Made by a program: the position numbers and the translations under genes. From Tricharina praecox (taxonomy: Eukaryota), in assembly GCF_024521635.1 (NCBI RefSeq), contig NW_026250415.1:744001-808000 (forward strand): 64,000 nt of DNA, written 5' to 3'. Under the pieces are notes generated by a model. That model was not told the DNA's origin and did no database searches. It saw nothing but the letters and a program-made list of their open reading frames with translations. Positions within the stretch are counted from its first letter, which is position 1, and each line of letters opens with the position of its first letter. This document shows positions 37,053 to 50,000 of this stretch, piece after piece.

Positions 37053-40000
37053 ATGGCGACGCTGATACAACAGATCGATGGCAAATCCGTTTGTTCCCAC
37101 ATTATTAATCGACCGCGATTTGCGATGCTAATTCATCACTCCATCTAACTAGGTCCATCACCTCCAATCAGGACAGGTCATAAACGATGGCCTGAACTCT
37201 GCGGTCAAAGAGCTAGTGGAAAACGCGTTGGATGCGAACGCGACATCGATTGAGATCCGGTTCAAGAATTACGGCTTGGAAAGTCTCGAGGTGATCGACA
37301 ACGGCGACGGAATTTCCCCTGACAACTACGAGAGCATTGGTACCCTTTAATTTCCATTTCTAAGCGCATCGTTACCTGTTGTCTGACTGTATACAGCTCT
37401 GAAGCATTACACGTCGAAGCTGCGAACCTACGCCGACCTCGAATCGGTGACGACTTTCGGTTTCCGCGGCGAAGCGCTCTCGTCGCTATGTGCACTATCC
37501 GATTTCCACATCATCACGGCGCTGGCCGAGGAGGCACCGAAGGGGACAAAGCTGGAGTTCGAGAACTCGGGCAAGCTGAAATCAACACACATGGTTGCGG
37601 CGTCGAAGGGGACTACAGTATGTGTTGCAAATCTGTTCAAGAATCTTCCCGTGCGCCGAAAGGAGCTGGAAAGGAACATCAGGAGAGATTTTGCGAAGGT
37701 CCTGGGTCTTCTACAGGCGTATGCGAGCATTCGTGTCGGAGTGAAGTTTTCAGTGTTCAATCAGCAGCTGAAGGGGTTCGCCTTGCTCTTTCTCATATAT
37801 GTGTTCTCTACTGGTCCAATGTGCTAACATCGTGAAGAAAGAGGACGCCCGCTTTCGCTACGAAGGGAAATCCTACGACTAGAGAGAACATCTCTAATGT
37901 CTTTGGCTCGAAAACACTGGCCGCACTCGTGCCGCTCGATCTGGAGTTCGAAATGCAGCCTACAAAGCCACCCCCGATCGCACCCAGGGACACGGTCCAA
38001 GAGTAAGCATTTCAGTAACATGTAGCACCCCCTGTTTTCTAACAGGTATACAGGAGCCGTGGAGTGAAGATAGTTGGGCACATCTCTCGACCAGTTGTGG
38101 GCGAAGGCAGGAATGCCCCTGACAGACAAATGTTCTTCGTAAATGGAAGGCCTTGTGTTCTACCCCAGGTAACCATGTCGCTTCCGGAATGCCAACATTC
38201 AACTAACCTATAGAAGATCACCAAAGCTTTTAACGAAGTATACAGAGCCTTCAATGTCACCCAGTCGCCTTTCATCTTTGCAGATATCATCTTGGACACA
38301 AGTACGTTAACCACCATCCTGCACGCACCGAGGGCCTGACTAACAAGTAGATAGACGCATACGATGTGAATGTATCCCCCGACAAACGGACGATCTTGCT
38401 TCACGACCAAGCCGATCTTTTGGAGAACATCAAGGTTCGTCCGGGTCATCCATATTCCCTCCTTGAACCATTACTAACCGGGGCATCAGATTTCTCTGAC
38501 GGAACTGTTTGAAAAGCATGAGCAAACCGTCCCGGTCAGTCAACTGGGAGGTAGCATGCCAGCTTACAAACAGACAAGCTTATTCTCCTCCACCGCCGCC
38601 GGATCACCTATGATACCGTACCGCGGACAGTGGCTAAAAGAGGGAAATGCAATTGTCTCATCCTTGCCAAGAGGGAAGGATGGACGATATGTGTCAACAG
38701 GTCCCCCATCACCGCAATCTGATGAGCGTGAGGATATATTGGAGTCGACTGTCCCAGATCGTAGCAAAGGAGCGCCAAAATACGACCTTTCGCGTGGTAT
38801 CTCGAAGTTTGGTAATGCACGGCTGCCTTTCAAACGCCCTACTCCGCATGCCAGCGATTTCGAGGAAGACGAAGACACGCCTCTCCCAACATACGAAGAA
38901 CTCCCAAATGGCGAAGAAGAAATTCCATCCTCGCAGATCCCACCAAGTGCTCGGCCCCCACCGTTAAAATCCTCTCGAAGAATGGAAACTCCCGCTACAA
39001 TCACCATCGGTGATAGATCTCCCGTGACCACCGGAGAAACCCCACGGAAGAAGCGGAGGATCGAAATGCAGCGGGATGGCCCTGTGCCTGCGCTGGGTGG
39101 ATTTGGCAGCGCCTTGAGCAAGTTTTTGGCGCCGGGGACGCAAGTGACAGCAACCTACGCGGAGGACGATATTTCGGTAAAGAAATCGTTTAAGGCACGA
39201 CAGTTTGAGAGTATCCTCAGCGAGGCCTCTCAGGAGGATGAGATCGAGGATGATGAGCAACATGAAGAAGAGGAACAGGCATCGCCCGATGGAGGCACAA
39301 GTACGACACCTCAGGTATTTCAAAGCGCAGCACCTTCTCCAACGCAAGTCTTCACAGGTTCTGCACCAGCTTCTCCACCATTGTTCCTACCCAACCATAT
39401 TCTCGATCAAGATGAACAAGGTGACTCTTCAGAAGAGCAGAGGAAGGAACCGGAAATGTCTGTCCCACCCGAAATCGAAAAGGAAGACGATGACGACGAC
39501 GAGTATATCCCCGAAAAAGCAGCCTCCCTTCGCGCTGCCGCTCGCGCTGCTCGCCTTCTGAAAGAAGCAGAAGCCCGCGAAACCAGGTTGCCGGTCACTC
39601 AACTCCTTGAGCGGAATTTCAACACTTTCAATCACTGTCGTCGAGTTTCTACTCTCGGCCTGGTGAAGTTCCAGCAGACGTCTATGGACCAAATCCGGGA
39701 ATCCGCGAAGCGTCTCCGTACTCCTGCCCCCACTCCTCCTCCTCCCGTGGCTCCTGGATCTACCGGACAAGTAGCTGGACTCGATGTGGAAGAAGACTCA
39801 ACCGCTGAGCAGCGCCTCACCCTCACCGTCACCAAGTCCGACTTTCTGAATATGCGGATCCTTGGCCAATTCAACAAAGGCTTCATCCTTGCTTCACGCG
39901 GCAACGAGCTCTTCATCATCGACCAGCACGCTTCCGACGAGAAATACAATTTCGAAACTCTCCAAGCTACCACCGTCGTGCAAAACCAACCGCTCGTCGT

Positions 40001-40568
40001 TCCCCGCGAACTGGAGCTAATGGCGATGGATGAAATCGCGGTTCAGGACAATCTAGATGTTCTCAAGACGAATGGCTTCGTTGTCAAGGTGGATCCCGAG
40101 ATGCCCACAGGTAGAAAGTGCAGACTCATCAGTCTGCCCATGAGTAAGGAAACCATGTTTGGTGTTGAAGGTGTGTCCCACCCCGTCCCCCTTTCACCCT
40201 TCTCCCACTGACATTATTACACTCCAGACCTGGAAGAACTAATCCACCTAATCCACCAACACCGCGGCTCGGGGACCGCACACCTGCGCTGCTCCAAAGT
40301 CCGCTCCATGTTCGCCATGCGTGCCTGCCGGAAAAGCGTCATGGTCGGCCGAGCACTGCCGGTCAAGGCGATGGAAAAGATCGTGCGGCATATGGGGGAG
40401 CTCGACAAGCCGTGGAATTGTCCACATGGGAGACCGACGATGCGGCATCTGGCGGAGCTGGAGGGCGTGGATAGGTGGGATGAGAGGGATGAACTCAGGG
40501 GCGGCGGGGGATTGCAGTGGGACGGTGAGGGGTGGGAGGAACTGGTTGAGCAGTTTGCAGCTCGGTAA
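37053..40568 (+). CDS. PMS1: MutL-family mismatch repair endonuclease Pms1 (human PMS2 type), 9 exons
   Basis: [72 protein letters not shown] and CPHGRP motifs; introns checked for frame. Confidence 0.95.
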
Positions 40569-40978
40569 GATGCGGAGGATACGGAGGATGCGGAGGATAA
40601 GTAGACTTTTGGAGTTTTGGATACGTGTAATAGAGGCAGTATACCCCTCGTCATTAGACTATATATAACCATAGATAGACATCGCGAATAGACATCGGAC
40701 ACCCGGTATGGTACAGATATAAGAAACCGTTCTGCGCACACGCAGTACGTACATCTCGCAAGACAGGACAAGAAGAAGAAAAAAACCCCACCGAGAGATA
40801 AGCCGCCCATCAAGCAAAGCAAGTTATATATACGTGCTACCTCTGCAAGCAAAAGAAGAAAGAAAAAAGTGAAGTGAATGAAGAACGCATATCAAAGTAC
40901 AAGAATCCCAAACCCCTTCCAACCCAACCCAACCCAACCGATCATTGTGTCATCCACTCGTGCCGCGTACACACGCCG

Positions 40979-41680
40979 CTACCGTTTCCTTGATAGCCCC
41001 TTCCAGAGCGCACTACCGACCAATCCCGCGGCGAGGGCAACGCCACTAACGATTGCCACACCGAGCAGGCCCTCTGTGTATCGTCAGCCTCCGTTCTCTC
41101 CGCACACCCACCTCCCTCCAGCCCACCGCCTGCCCACCCCCACCCGCCCGCATAGGATCACATACCTCTAGCGACCTTATCATCGACCAGCCCGCGCAGA
41201 CTCAGGGCCTGACTGTTTCCCGGCTCATTGAGCAGGAGGGCCTCATTATACCTCCTAGCCTCCGCATAGTTGCCTAGGCGGTAATGTCCGAGTGCGAGAT
41301 AGTAGAGACACTCGCGGCGGCGCTCGCCGTGCTCGCGGAATATCTCGGTCAGCAGCCGCACACCTAGCTGCTGCTCCTCCCGGCGGTTCGACTTGATCAG
41401 CCCCCACGCGTAGTTAAATTTCGTCTGCACCCCCACGAAGCTGCCCTCCGACTCGTATTGCTTGCGGAGAACGGAGAGCTCAGACTCCTTCAGTGGGCTG
41501 CGGGAATACGTCAGTGCTGGTGCGGAGAGGATGCGGGCGTAGGCAAGGGGACGGTGTGCGAAGGTACATACCTCTCGGCGTCCACGGCGTCTAAGTGACG
41601 GGCGTTAGCTGGGCTGGCCGGGGCTAGTGCGAGGGGAGCGGGGGAGTCCACTCACATGGCAGGTTGTCTGATGCGGTCAT
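40979..41680 (-). CDS. FIS1: Mitochondrial fission protein Fis1; exons 41680-41656, 41590-41572, 41497-41166, 41073-40979 (156 aa)
   Basis: [36 protein letters not shown] (TPR), C-terminal TM tail followed by RKR. Confidence 0.95.
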
Positions 41681-42011
41681 GTTGAAGTTCGGGTTCGAGT
41701 TTGCGATCGCGGTGGTTGGTGCTGTGTTGTGGGTGTCGAGTCTTGCAGTTCAGTTTGTAACAAAAAATGTTGGGTTTGGCCGTGTCGTCGGTGATGCGGA
41801 TGGGATGTTGGTGAAATGTAAGTTGAGTGGCTACGTCGTCGGTTGCAGGGAGCATATGTATGGTTGATTGGCTCTAGACTTGGAAGAGGGTGGCGCGGCG
41901 ACACAACACAAGGTGTGGCACAGAATGGACAGGAATTCTCGCCACTTTCTACGCTAGCCTATGGCTATGAGTGGCTTTCTATGTCAAGTATCCTGATCAC
42001 TTGGAACTTTG

Positions 42012-42017
42012 ACGCGT
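42012..42017. promoter_or_regulatory. MCB-like element ACGCGT upstream of SPC24
   Basis: Exact MCB hexamer 270 bp upstream of a kinetochore gene; a short motif that can occur by chance. Confidence 0.35.
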
Positions 42018-42284
42018 CGTCGCCGGTGAAGCAGGAGGAAGGTCGTATCAGGTCTCGTGATTGCGGCATGTGATGCGGGTACTCCATAGTACATAGCGCG
42101 ACGTCATTCGGACAGAGCGTTGCTGTGACAACCGCATCCCACCCTTCATCGCCAGCGGAACACACAACCATCGCAACTTCACAACATACACATCCACTCC
42201 ACCTCAAGCGCATAACCACCACTCCCGGCCGACTCGAGTCCATCCACCACCACAACCACCGCCACCACCCCCGCCACCGCAACG

Positions 42285-42943
42285 ATGGTCCTCCTCGAAG
42301 AAGACCCACACAAGCTGCTCTCGAGCCTACAAGAAAACTTCGGCATAGACGGGGACATCTCGCACCTCTCACGCATATCCTCGCACCTGCACACGCTGCG
42401 GGCCAGCCGGCAAAAGGCGAAAGACGACCAACAGCGCAACCTACGGACTCTCTCGCGGAACCTGCAGTCGCGACGACAGGCCGCCGAAGAGGCGACCAAG
42501 ACGCACGAGGAGCAGCGGTTCCCAGAACAGGTGGCGATGCTGGACCGCAAGAAATTTGCGCTCGCGAAAGGACTGAATGAGCTCGAGTCGAACGCTCATA
42601 CCCTCGAGGGTCAGCTCGCGAGGCTGAGGGAGGAGCTCGAGGCCCTCGATGCGGATGATCCCGTCGAGAGGGCAGTCGTGGAGGGCGCCGATGAGGGGAT
42701 CACGTTTGTCCCCCCCCTCCCTCCCTCCCTACGCATGTCAAATGGAAATTGCGCGCTGACTGTACGGATAGGTTGAAACTAAGAGTCTTCCGGAGTTTGG
42801 GGATAGAGCTTACCGAGGACGGGGCGGGCGGATACAGCAAGGCGGCGATACGCGATAACCGTGGAGAGCTAATTGTTGTCAAGCTCGAGGAGAAGAAGTT
42901 TACGCCGCACTTTTATGTCAACTATTTCTGGGATATGCTTTGA
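42285..42943 (+). CDS. SPC24: Kinetochore Ndc80 complex subunit Spc24; exons 42285-42703, 42772-42943
   Basis: N-terminal coiled coil, then C-terminal LKLRVFRSLGIE...FTPHFYVNYFW typical of fungal Spc24. Confidence 0.85.
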
Positions 42944-43575
42944 GGGAAGGAAGGGCGGTTTGTCTGCTTCAGGGGCGTTTCTGTTTTTCCGTTTTCTGCC
43001 TCGGTGTTTGTCGGATGACTCTTGCAATTACGCGCAATGATACCAATGCCTCCAATGATCATGGTGTCTATGTCTTTGAGCCCTTTTCAATATCCGTGGA
43101 CCGGTCCTGTCCCAAGAGTATTCTAGGTACTTGACTGTGATATGCTCTCTCTATGCATCTACGCATCTATGCGCTACTTAGATGATTGACATACACAACC
43201 ACTCCGACTTTCGTTCGTCCCTCCCATACTGATGCAATTCCACACCCCACCAGTGACCACCTCCTCTCCTCCCTCGCTCAAGTGCTACCAATTACAGCCC
43301 TAAAGTACTGGACCACCGCGATACAACCGAAACACCGCAAATAACGGAACCACGAAATAAGAATAGCAACAGCGCCCGCAAGCCCCCTTGGACAAAGTCC
43401 GAAAACCCAAGGAAAACGAAAGAAAAACCCCACCGAAAGCGATCAACTCAAGGATCGGATCCATTCATGGTGTGGTAAGAAGAGAAGACAAAGGGCAGAA
43501 ACAAGCATCATGTTATCCTAAGGTCATCAGAAATTCCCCTCTAGGACCCACACTCTCTCGGATGCAATACAATAT

Positions 43576-45260
43576 TTAGCTATTCCTCCGCCTGAATAGG
43601 TTAGCGAACGAACTGGTGCGGTTGCCATTTCCATTACCGCCGTCACTGTTCTGATTCTGCTGGTTCTGATGTTGTGGGCTCTGATGCTGGTTCTCTTCGT
43701 CGTAATCAGCGGGGAAGCTGCCCGGGAATCCACTGGACTGGCCCCTAGATGGAGGAGATTGAGATCGGGCTGATCGGGTCGGCGTATCCTGATTCTGACC
43801 TCCTGGACCTGGTGATGACGGCCGTCTTGAACCCCGGGGCCGAGTCTGTGGAAGCCCCGCGCCGAACAAGCCGCCCATGAATGGAAAGCCGCCAGGAATT
43901 GGGCCGCCGAATCCTCCACCACCAGGGCCGCCGAATCCTCCGCCACTAGCACCACCGCTACCGCTTCCGCCGCTGCCGCCGCCGGGCGATGAAGGTTGTC
44001 GCTGGCTGTTCTCCTGCTGCTGACGCTTCTCCGGCGGAGTGATAGGATGGCGACATATGGGACAAGTCTAACTGGGGTTAGTGTACGCCCTTCAGTGGAC
44101 GGCGGGGAACAATAGGGACTCACGTCGTGCTCCACCAACCACTTTGAAACACACTCAAAGTGATATGAGTGCTTGCAAGGCAGCACCGTCACTTCCTCGT
44201 CCAAGACCAGGTCGTCCTTGCACACGGCACAGTCGACGTTATCGTCTACCATGGCTTGGGTAACCTTGAGCCGAGGAAGACCTTCGATATCCTCTTTCTC
44301 TGCCGGTGGAGGGGCATTGCCCTGGTGCTGTTCCATAAGCTGGGATATTATCCTATCCAGCTCAGACTGTGAATAGACATAGTCTCCACCAGCACCGTGT
44401 CCGCCGTTAAAAAACCGGGCCACGAATGGTGATAAACCGTCGCCGCCGGTAGGTCCAAACAACGAGTTAAGAAAGCTGTACGATTGTAAGCTATCGGGGC
44501 AAATGGAAGCAGGGGACAGAGTTTCTTACGTTTGAATATCGGGAACCGGCACGGCGTCACCAGCTTGGGGTACAGCCGCGTCTCTTGGGTTTAACCTCGG
44601 TTCCTCTCCATGAGGGAGAGGGGGAACATTTCCTTCCATTGGATAATCCTCGTCACGGTTGGATCCTTCCGGTCTATTGTAGTGGTCTCTCACGATGTTT
44701 CGAAGCATCGTGGAGAACAGATCCGCAATTACCTCTTCCTCCGGACCACGCCCACGAGCCGGGCCACCGCGAGCGGGGCGGACAATCGTCCTAGTGACAT
44801 AGCTAAAGTTCGGCCCGTCGGCACGGACAACCGTTTGGGTGGTCCCAGAAGCTCCCCCGATTGGGGCTCCGAATGGTACGAAAGGACCAAAGCCAGACAT
44901 CGCGTGGCTATGTTGGTGCTGGTGTTGGTGCTGGTGATGCGCTAAGTGGGGAATGCCATGGCTGTGATCATGTTCGTCGTCGGGCTCGGACTCGTCGAAT
45001 TCTAAATCTGGAATACCCCGCGGGTCATTGCCGTTCTCGATCTAACATCCGCCCGTCAGAATACATAAATCAACGAGGTCACCCCACATGACCACATTTA
45101 GTCTTGCGAGCGAAGAGAGATAACTAACGATTTCGACGAAGTCACTACGGCAAATTTCGTTTGGACACACTAAACCGTGCTCGTCACGGAACCAATCCAT
45201 ATGGCATTCGTGACAGTAAACCTGGTCTCGCTGTGCGCGTGCGGTCGCCGCTGTGGCCAT
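43576..45260 (-). CDS. RNF115/RNF126-like RING-H2 E3 ubiquitin ligase with N-terminal zinc ribbon; exons 45260-45129, 45041-44530, 44475-44124, 44067-43576
   Basis: YCHEC...CPNEICRSDFVEI zinc ribbon; GDYVYSQSELDRIISQLMEQ; APPPA; RING-H2 CAVC..PCKHSYHFEC..W...TCPICR. Confidence 0.88.
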
Positions 45261-47045
45261 GGTGGTAGTAATACTCGGGGTAGTGTTGTGGTGGTGGGAC
45301 AACTGCTCGCCAGAAATCGCAGTTCAGCCACAAGGTAAAATAATACCAGCCGGGCGCTCAGTTCGGAGAAACAGCTGACCTTCCAAGTGATCTCGGGGGT
45401 CGAAGAAGATAGTAACTGTTGCGGACGAATGGTACTTATATGCGGGGCTTCTGGATGTCGAAGAAGTCGGAACCGTGACTGGGATTAGCGATTGCTGACG
45501 ATACAGGTGGATATGATCGTTGCTGGTACGACGCGCGAGGTGTTGGCGGGGCAGCGATGTTTAAGAACCCAAGCTGTAACTGAGAAGTGGTGGAGTGATA
45601 ACTGGTACTAGAAGTGGCAAGGGTGGGAGGAGTAGCGAGCAAGGAGAAGAAGGGGAGAAGGAGGGAAGGTGTGATGAGCGTGATGAGCACCACAGCAACT
45701 TCAAGGGACGGAACTCGATTATTTGCGGGTCCCGATCACCGGTTATCCCGCGGTCCAGAAGCCCTAGCGAAGCTGGTGGTAAGACGTATGCCAAGACAAC
45801 TTGATTCATGTCATGCCACTCAGCTAGTCCTGATTAGGGGCTGAGCTGCCTCGATTACTAAGGAATATCTGCCTAGGTAAATTTAACTACACTTCGTCGG
45901 ATTTCGGCGACAAGGTTGAAGGGAGAGCAGCTGCAGAAGACGGGAATCACGGGACGAGACGCACCAAGCACTCTGGCCAATTTACTTATGTATGATACAT
46001 ACGAGAATTCAAAGTCCCCGCAGAGGACTGACGGTTCGTTAGATCGGATGAGATTCGAAGGCGATAGTTACAAAACAAAGGAGTAAAGCCAGCCTTACGA
46101 CCGGAGAACATCTGGAGGCCATACATACATTTGGACCCTCGTTGATTGTCGCCGCTTTGTGCGCCTAGCTGAACGCACGTTTCCTCGGCATTCATTGCCC
46201 GCATCATGATAGGCTGGTAGTGTAGAAGGCCCGGCAGTCGCCACAGTCTACCTGGAGACGCTGTATGCGAAATAAACATGATGCCGCGACTCGAAGCCGT
46301 AATTTATTCTACTCCAGTTAGTGACAGAGAGCCATGTGACATTCCATGACTCGACTTTCGCGGAGTCCTGCTTACCTAAGTGCTTAGTCGAGAAAGTGTG
46401 GGAGACTCGAGTCTCCACTGTTTGGACCCGGTCGGACAAAGGAAGGCAGTTCTGGGTGCACGACTCGAACACCACACCAAACCACACCATGTCGCGAAAA
46501 TAAACCAAGCTTGCTCCTCCAAGATGCGTCTCGCGTCTTCACGTGGAGAGCAAGTCGTACAAGACCATAGAAAGCCATTTTTCCTTTTTCGAGGTGTCTC
46601 CGACACCCCTGCACACCATCTCTTGAGGAGCCGCGAGAGCCGCCTTCAAAATTCACTGCCCTCATCTTAGCGACAATAGCTTCTCTGCTCTCCTCCTTTC
46701 CCACACATCTCCAAATCCCTTGCTGTCGACTCTCCCCAAGCTACACGCTGGCTCCTCTCCTCGCAAACTCAGTCTTCGTAAGTAACGCTGCCTATTGCTC
46801 CCGAATCTCATAGCGTTTCGTAGTATCTTGGCCCCAGCTCTATTTGGCAAGGTACCTACCTACCTAAACCGGCCCGTACTAGGTCTGGAGCTATCGGGGC
46901 TCGCTACATCGGCCACCTCCGAAATCCTTTGATGATTTGATGCTTGGACATCTTCAGCCGCTCCGTCGTTCTGTACCAACGTCTAGCTCTCAGCCTTCTC
47001 ATGAAAAATGACTGCTAACACCATCGCTTCTTATCGGCTGTCAGG

Positions 47046-50000
47046 ATGTTCCAAGATCAAAATGCGGAGACTTCACTTACGAGCGGTAGTAAGAGGCTAA
47101 AGCTCGACACTCCTTCTACTCCGTCGAACCCTCCCTTCGTCGATAGCTCCCCAGCAGCAGCAAAGCCGAACGATGCTTCCATCACTACTGCAGCCACGCA
47201 GCAGCAGCGACAGGAGGTGCCGAAAATGTTTCCACTCGGAGAACATGCTACAGGTGTTGGTGGTGGTGGTGGTGTTGGTGGGGCTGGTGGGGCTGATGGG
47301 GCTGATGGGGCTGATGGGGCTGATGGATACTTTCACAAGCCTCCTGGAAATACTGCGTTGAGCGTGGGAGGTGGATTGCTGCGTTCGCCGGGAATGCCGG
47401 GAGCATCGGAGGGTGACTCGAACGGGAGTCTGCAGCAGTCCGAACTCCAACCGGACCCGCTGCCACAACCGAACGGAGGACAGCAGGATCACCAGCACCA
47501 GCAGATTCAACACAACGCACAGCATCATACTCATCCCCGACCACTAGATGAGCAGGAGAACGCACGCCTACTCGAACCTATCAAGAGTTTTCTCTCGTCC
47601 GCCGTCAAACCGGAGCCGGATGTCATCGACCTGACGGAGGATGCCGATGATGACGTTGCCGTCACCGAAATTCCCAAAGTTCAACCAATGGAGATTCCAA
47701 AGAGCTACGTCTGTTACGGAATAATCGTAGGCAAGATCAATGCCAACCGAGTGCCCGTCTTCCCAGTCGGCCGCGAACATCTCCCGATGTTCATCAAGAT
47801 AGTTCGCGCGCCAAATCCACTGTCGCTCGTTGTGGATACGTACGACTGCCATGATTCGCAATTTGGCTACGTGGAGTTGAATACTGCACGAGTAATTGTG
47901 CCATTGATTGATTTCCGCACGTTTGTGGTGGAGCCTTACATGTATGCTCTTCCCAGGCAGCAGCCCCCTACCAACACTGTTGTTTCCAACCAATACCGCT
48001 TCTTTTTCAATGTCTACGGGCCGGTGACGGAGGCTAGAAAGGTGGTACATATCGCCACACAGCAGGGCACAGTCATTCAGAAGCCTTACAAGAGCTATTG
48101 CAATACTAGTGCTCCTTACATGGACCCGTATGTGACAACCACGACTAGGGCTACTTCGTCAGCATCCCGTCCGAGTGGCTTTGCCGTTATTACTCGCACG
48201 GCAGACGAGATACGAGCCGATGTCAACAAGGTGTTCGAAGGGTTGGATCAAGCCGAAAATCTACCGGAGATGGACGCGGATCCTCGGATCAAGACGCCAC
48301 TCCTGAAACACCAGAAGCAGGGTCTCTACTTTCTTACAATGAAAGAGCAGGAGAGAAACTACGATGACAATGATGCAAACAACACGCCAGTGTGGCGCAA
48401 GAAGGAGAAGGGCGGGCAAACGTGGTTTTACCATGTGATCACCGGCCAAACCGTCAAGAGACGGCCACCAGATGTACTTGGCGGTATATTGGCGGATATG
48501 ATGGGGCTGGGAAAGGTTGGACATCTCACTTCCTAGGCAGCGACAGGTAATTCATGCCATAGCTAACATCATAAAAGACCCTACAGATCCTGTCGCTCAT
48601 AGTCTCGACCCTGGAACTTTCTGAGGAATTCGCGAAAGGCCCAAAGCCTCGTCAGTACACTGTCAAGGACAACAAAGAGCCATTACCACCTAGCATGAAT
48701 GCAAAGACAACCCTGTTGATCAGCCCGCTGAGCACGATTAGCAATTGGGAAGAACAGATTCAGGCTCACGTACAAGATGGGGCCTTGAAGTGCCATCTCT
48801 ACCATGGTAACAAGCGCGAATGTGACCCCAAGGTTATCGCTGGATACGATCTCGTAATCACAACCTACCAGGTGATCGCGAGCGAATGGTCCAAGCACAT
48901 CAAAGATCGCGACTATGTCAGCCCGGTGCAGCAGATAAACTTCTTCCGCATAGTTCTTGATGGTAGGTTTCCATTTCGCTTCTGTGGCGCTACAAGATGC
49001 TAACATTGCCATCAGAGTAAGTACAATTTATACATGACGGGCTCAGTGTCGGTTTTTTTGAACTGACAATCATTAATAGGGCCCATATGATCCGAGAACA
49101 GAACACTCTTCAGTCGAAAGCGGTGATAGCGTTGCATGCTCAGAGACGTTGGGCGGTAACTGGTGAGTGGTATCCCATATGATTGGCTTTGACGGCCCTC
49201 TGAGTGGTTTCGAACAGGTACTCCGGTACAAAACCGCCTCGATGATCTCGCAGCTTTAATGAAGTTTCTTCAGCTCAAGCCGTTCGATGACAAGGCTGTG
49301 TTTCATCAGTACATCGCGTCACCCCTCAAGAGTGCCGAGGACAATAGCCTTCGCTCCCTGCGACTCCTCGTTGACAGCGTTACCCTGAGGCGACGGAAAG
49401 ACAAGATTGACCTTCCGCCTAGGAAGGATCAGATAGTTTACCTTCAATTCAGTACGGCGGAGCAAGAGATCTACGATGCAACGGCGAAGCAATCTTCCAA
49501 ACGTGTGGATATGGTTGCGAAACAAGGACACATCGGAGGAAAGAATTACGTTCATATCCTACAGATGATTCTCCGGCTTCGCCTCATCTGTGCTCATGGA
49601 CGTGAGTTGCTCGGAGACGAGGATGTTGCCGACCTTGCCGGTCTCACTTCTTCTGACGCTATTGACGTTGATGAACTTGATGACGAAGGTCCGACGAATC
49701 TCTCGGCGAAGCAGGCATATCAGATTTTCAGCCTGATGAAAGAGACAAATGAAGATAACTGCTCGGTCTGCGAGAAGAAAGCGGTGTACAAAGAACCTGT
49801 CCTGACCGTTGACGAGGGTATCAACTTCAAGCCCGAGGACAAAGGCAAGGACAAGGAATCGGACGAAAAAGACCAGCCGAAGGGCTCCACTACAATAGGG
49901 TTCCTGACTCCATGCACCCACATGCTTTGTGAGAGCTGCATCCCGGCCTACACGGCCAGGATCTCGGGCAACTTTCAGCCCGGCATGCGCGCCGTCTGCC

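Noticed and set aside
48516-48577. Internal CAG|GTAATT in helicase intron 1 suggesting twin 31-nt introns
   Set aside because: Both halves are too short for this genome and the first lacks a clear branch point; a single 62-nt intron explains the frame.
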